Origin: Nemertoderma westbladi | Lineage: Eukaryota; Animalia; Xenacoelomorpha | Length of the DNA: 64,000 bases | Reading direction: 5' to 3' | NCBI GenBank assembly: GCA_032718475.1 | Contig: JAUCBJ010002852.1 | Coordinates: 1-64,000 of the forward strand | In this document: piece after piece, positions 63,690 to 64,000 of the stretch | How the letters are laid out: every line of letters starts with the position of its first letter | How positions within the stretch are numbered: position 1 is the stretch's first letter | Program-made: the position numbers and the translations under genes | The notes under the pieces: generated by a model | Seen by the model: only the letters and a program-made list of their open reading frames with translations | Databases searched by the model: none | What the model was told of the DNA's origin: nothing

Positions 63690-64000
63690 CTAAAAAATAT
63701 TGTTTGTCTAGAAAGTATCGAACATCGTCTGGTTGGGGTTTATATTATATAGTATTTATATTGGGATTTATAGTAGATCAGGTGGACTTTGTGTACAGTA
63801 GCTTAAAGGCGCACATAGCCAAGCCATAGCTACACGTTAATTATCTTACTTATCTTGTACTGCAGCTGCACGACTATTCAGATTGTGTATGTGTACTGCT
63901 TGCTTGCACGAGGCACGACAGATTCACTGAAATTCAGGGAGATTTTACGGGAATGATTTGAGACACAAGATTAGAAACTGTAATCTTTCTCAAAATTTTT

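Overview
Animal (invertebrate-type, AT-rich, intron-containing) genomic window. 1-~34135 is the edge of a 42-bp satellite array (~810 copies). From 63689 down to 41172 on the minus strand I can assemble nine phase-compatible GT-AG exons encoding the C-terminal ~478 aa of a delta-class (GluD/GRID-like) ionotropic glutamate receptor (S1, M1-M3, S2, M4, C-tail). The N-terminal exons lie beyond the window. The introns hold a four-level nest of transposons (two hAT-like TIR elements, an older repeat and a near full-length L2/CR1-group LINE), a foldback element, a truncated L2, a tRNA-derived SINE and a CRE-like fragment. The most striking observation is that tandem arrays are built from the gene's own processing signals. 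A 54-bp array (~83 copies) repeats the receptor's C-terminal codons plus its TAA stop, and an 11-bp array (~420 copies) repeats a 5' splice donor starting at the real donor. The giant ORFs in the ORF track are most likely by-products of the repeats. All calls come from reading the sequence by eye; no searches were run.
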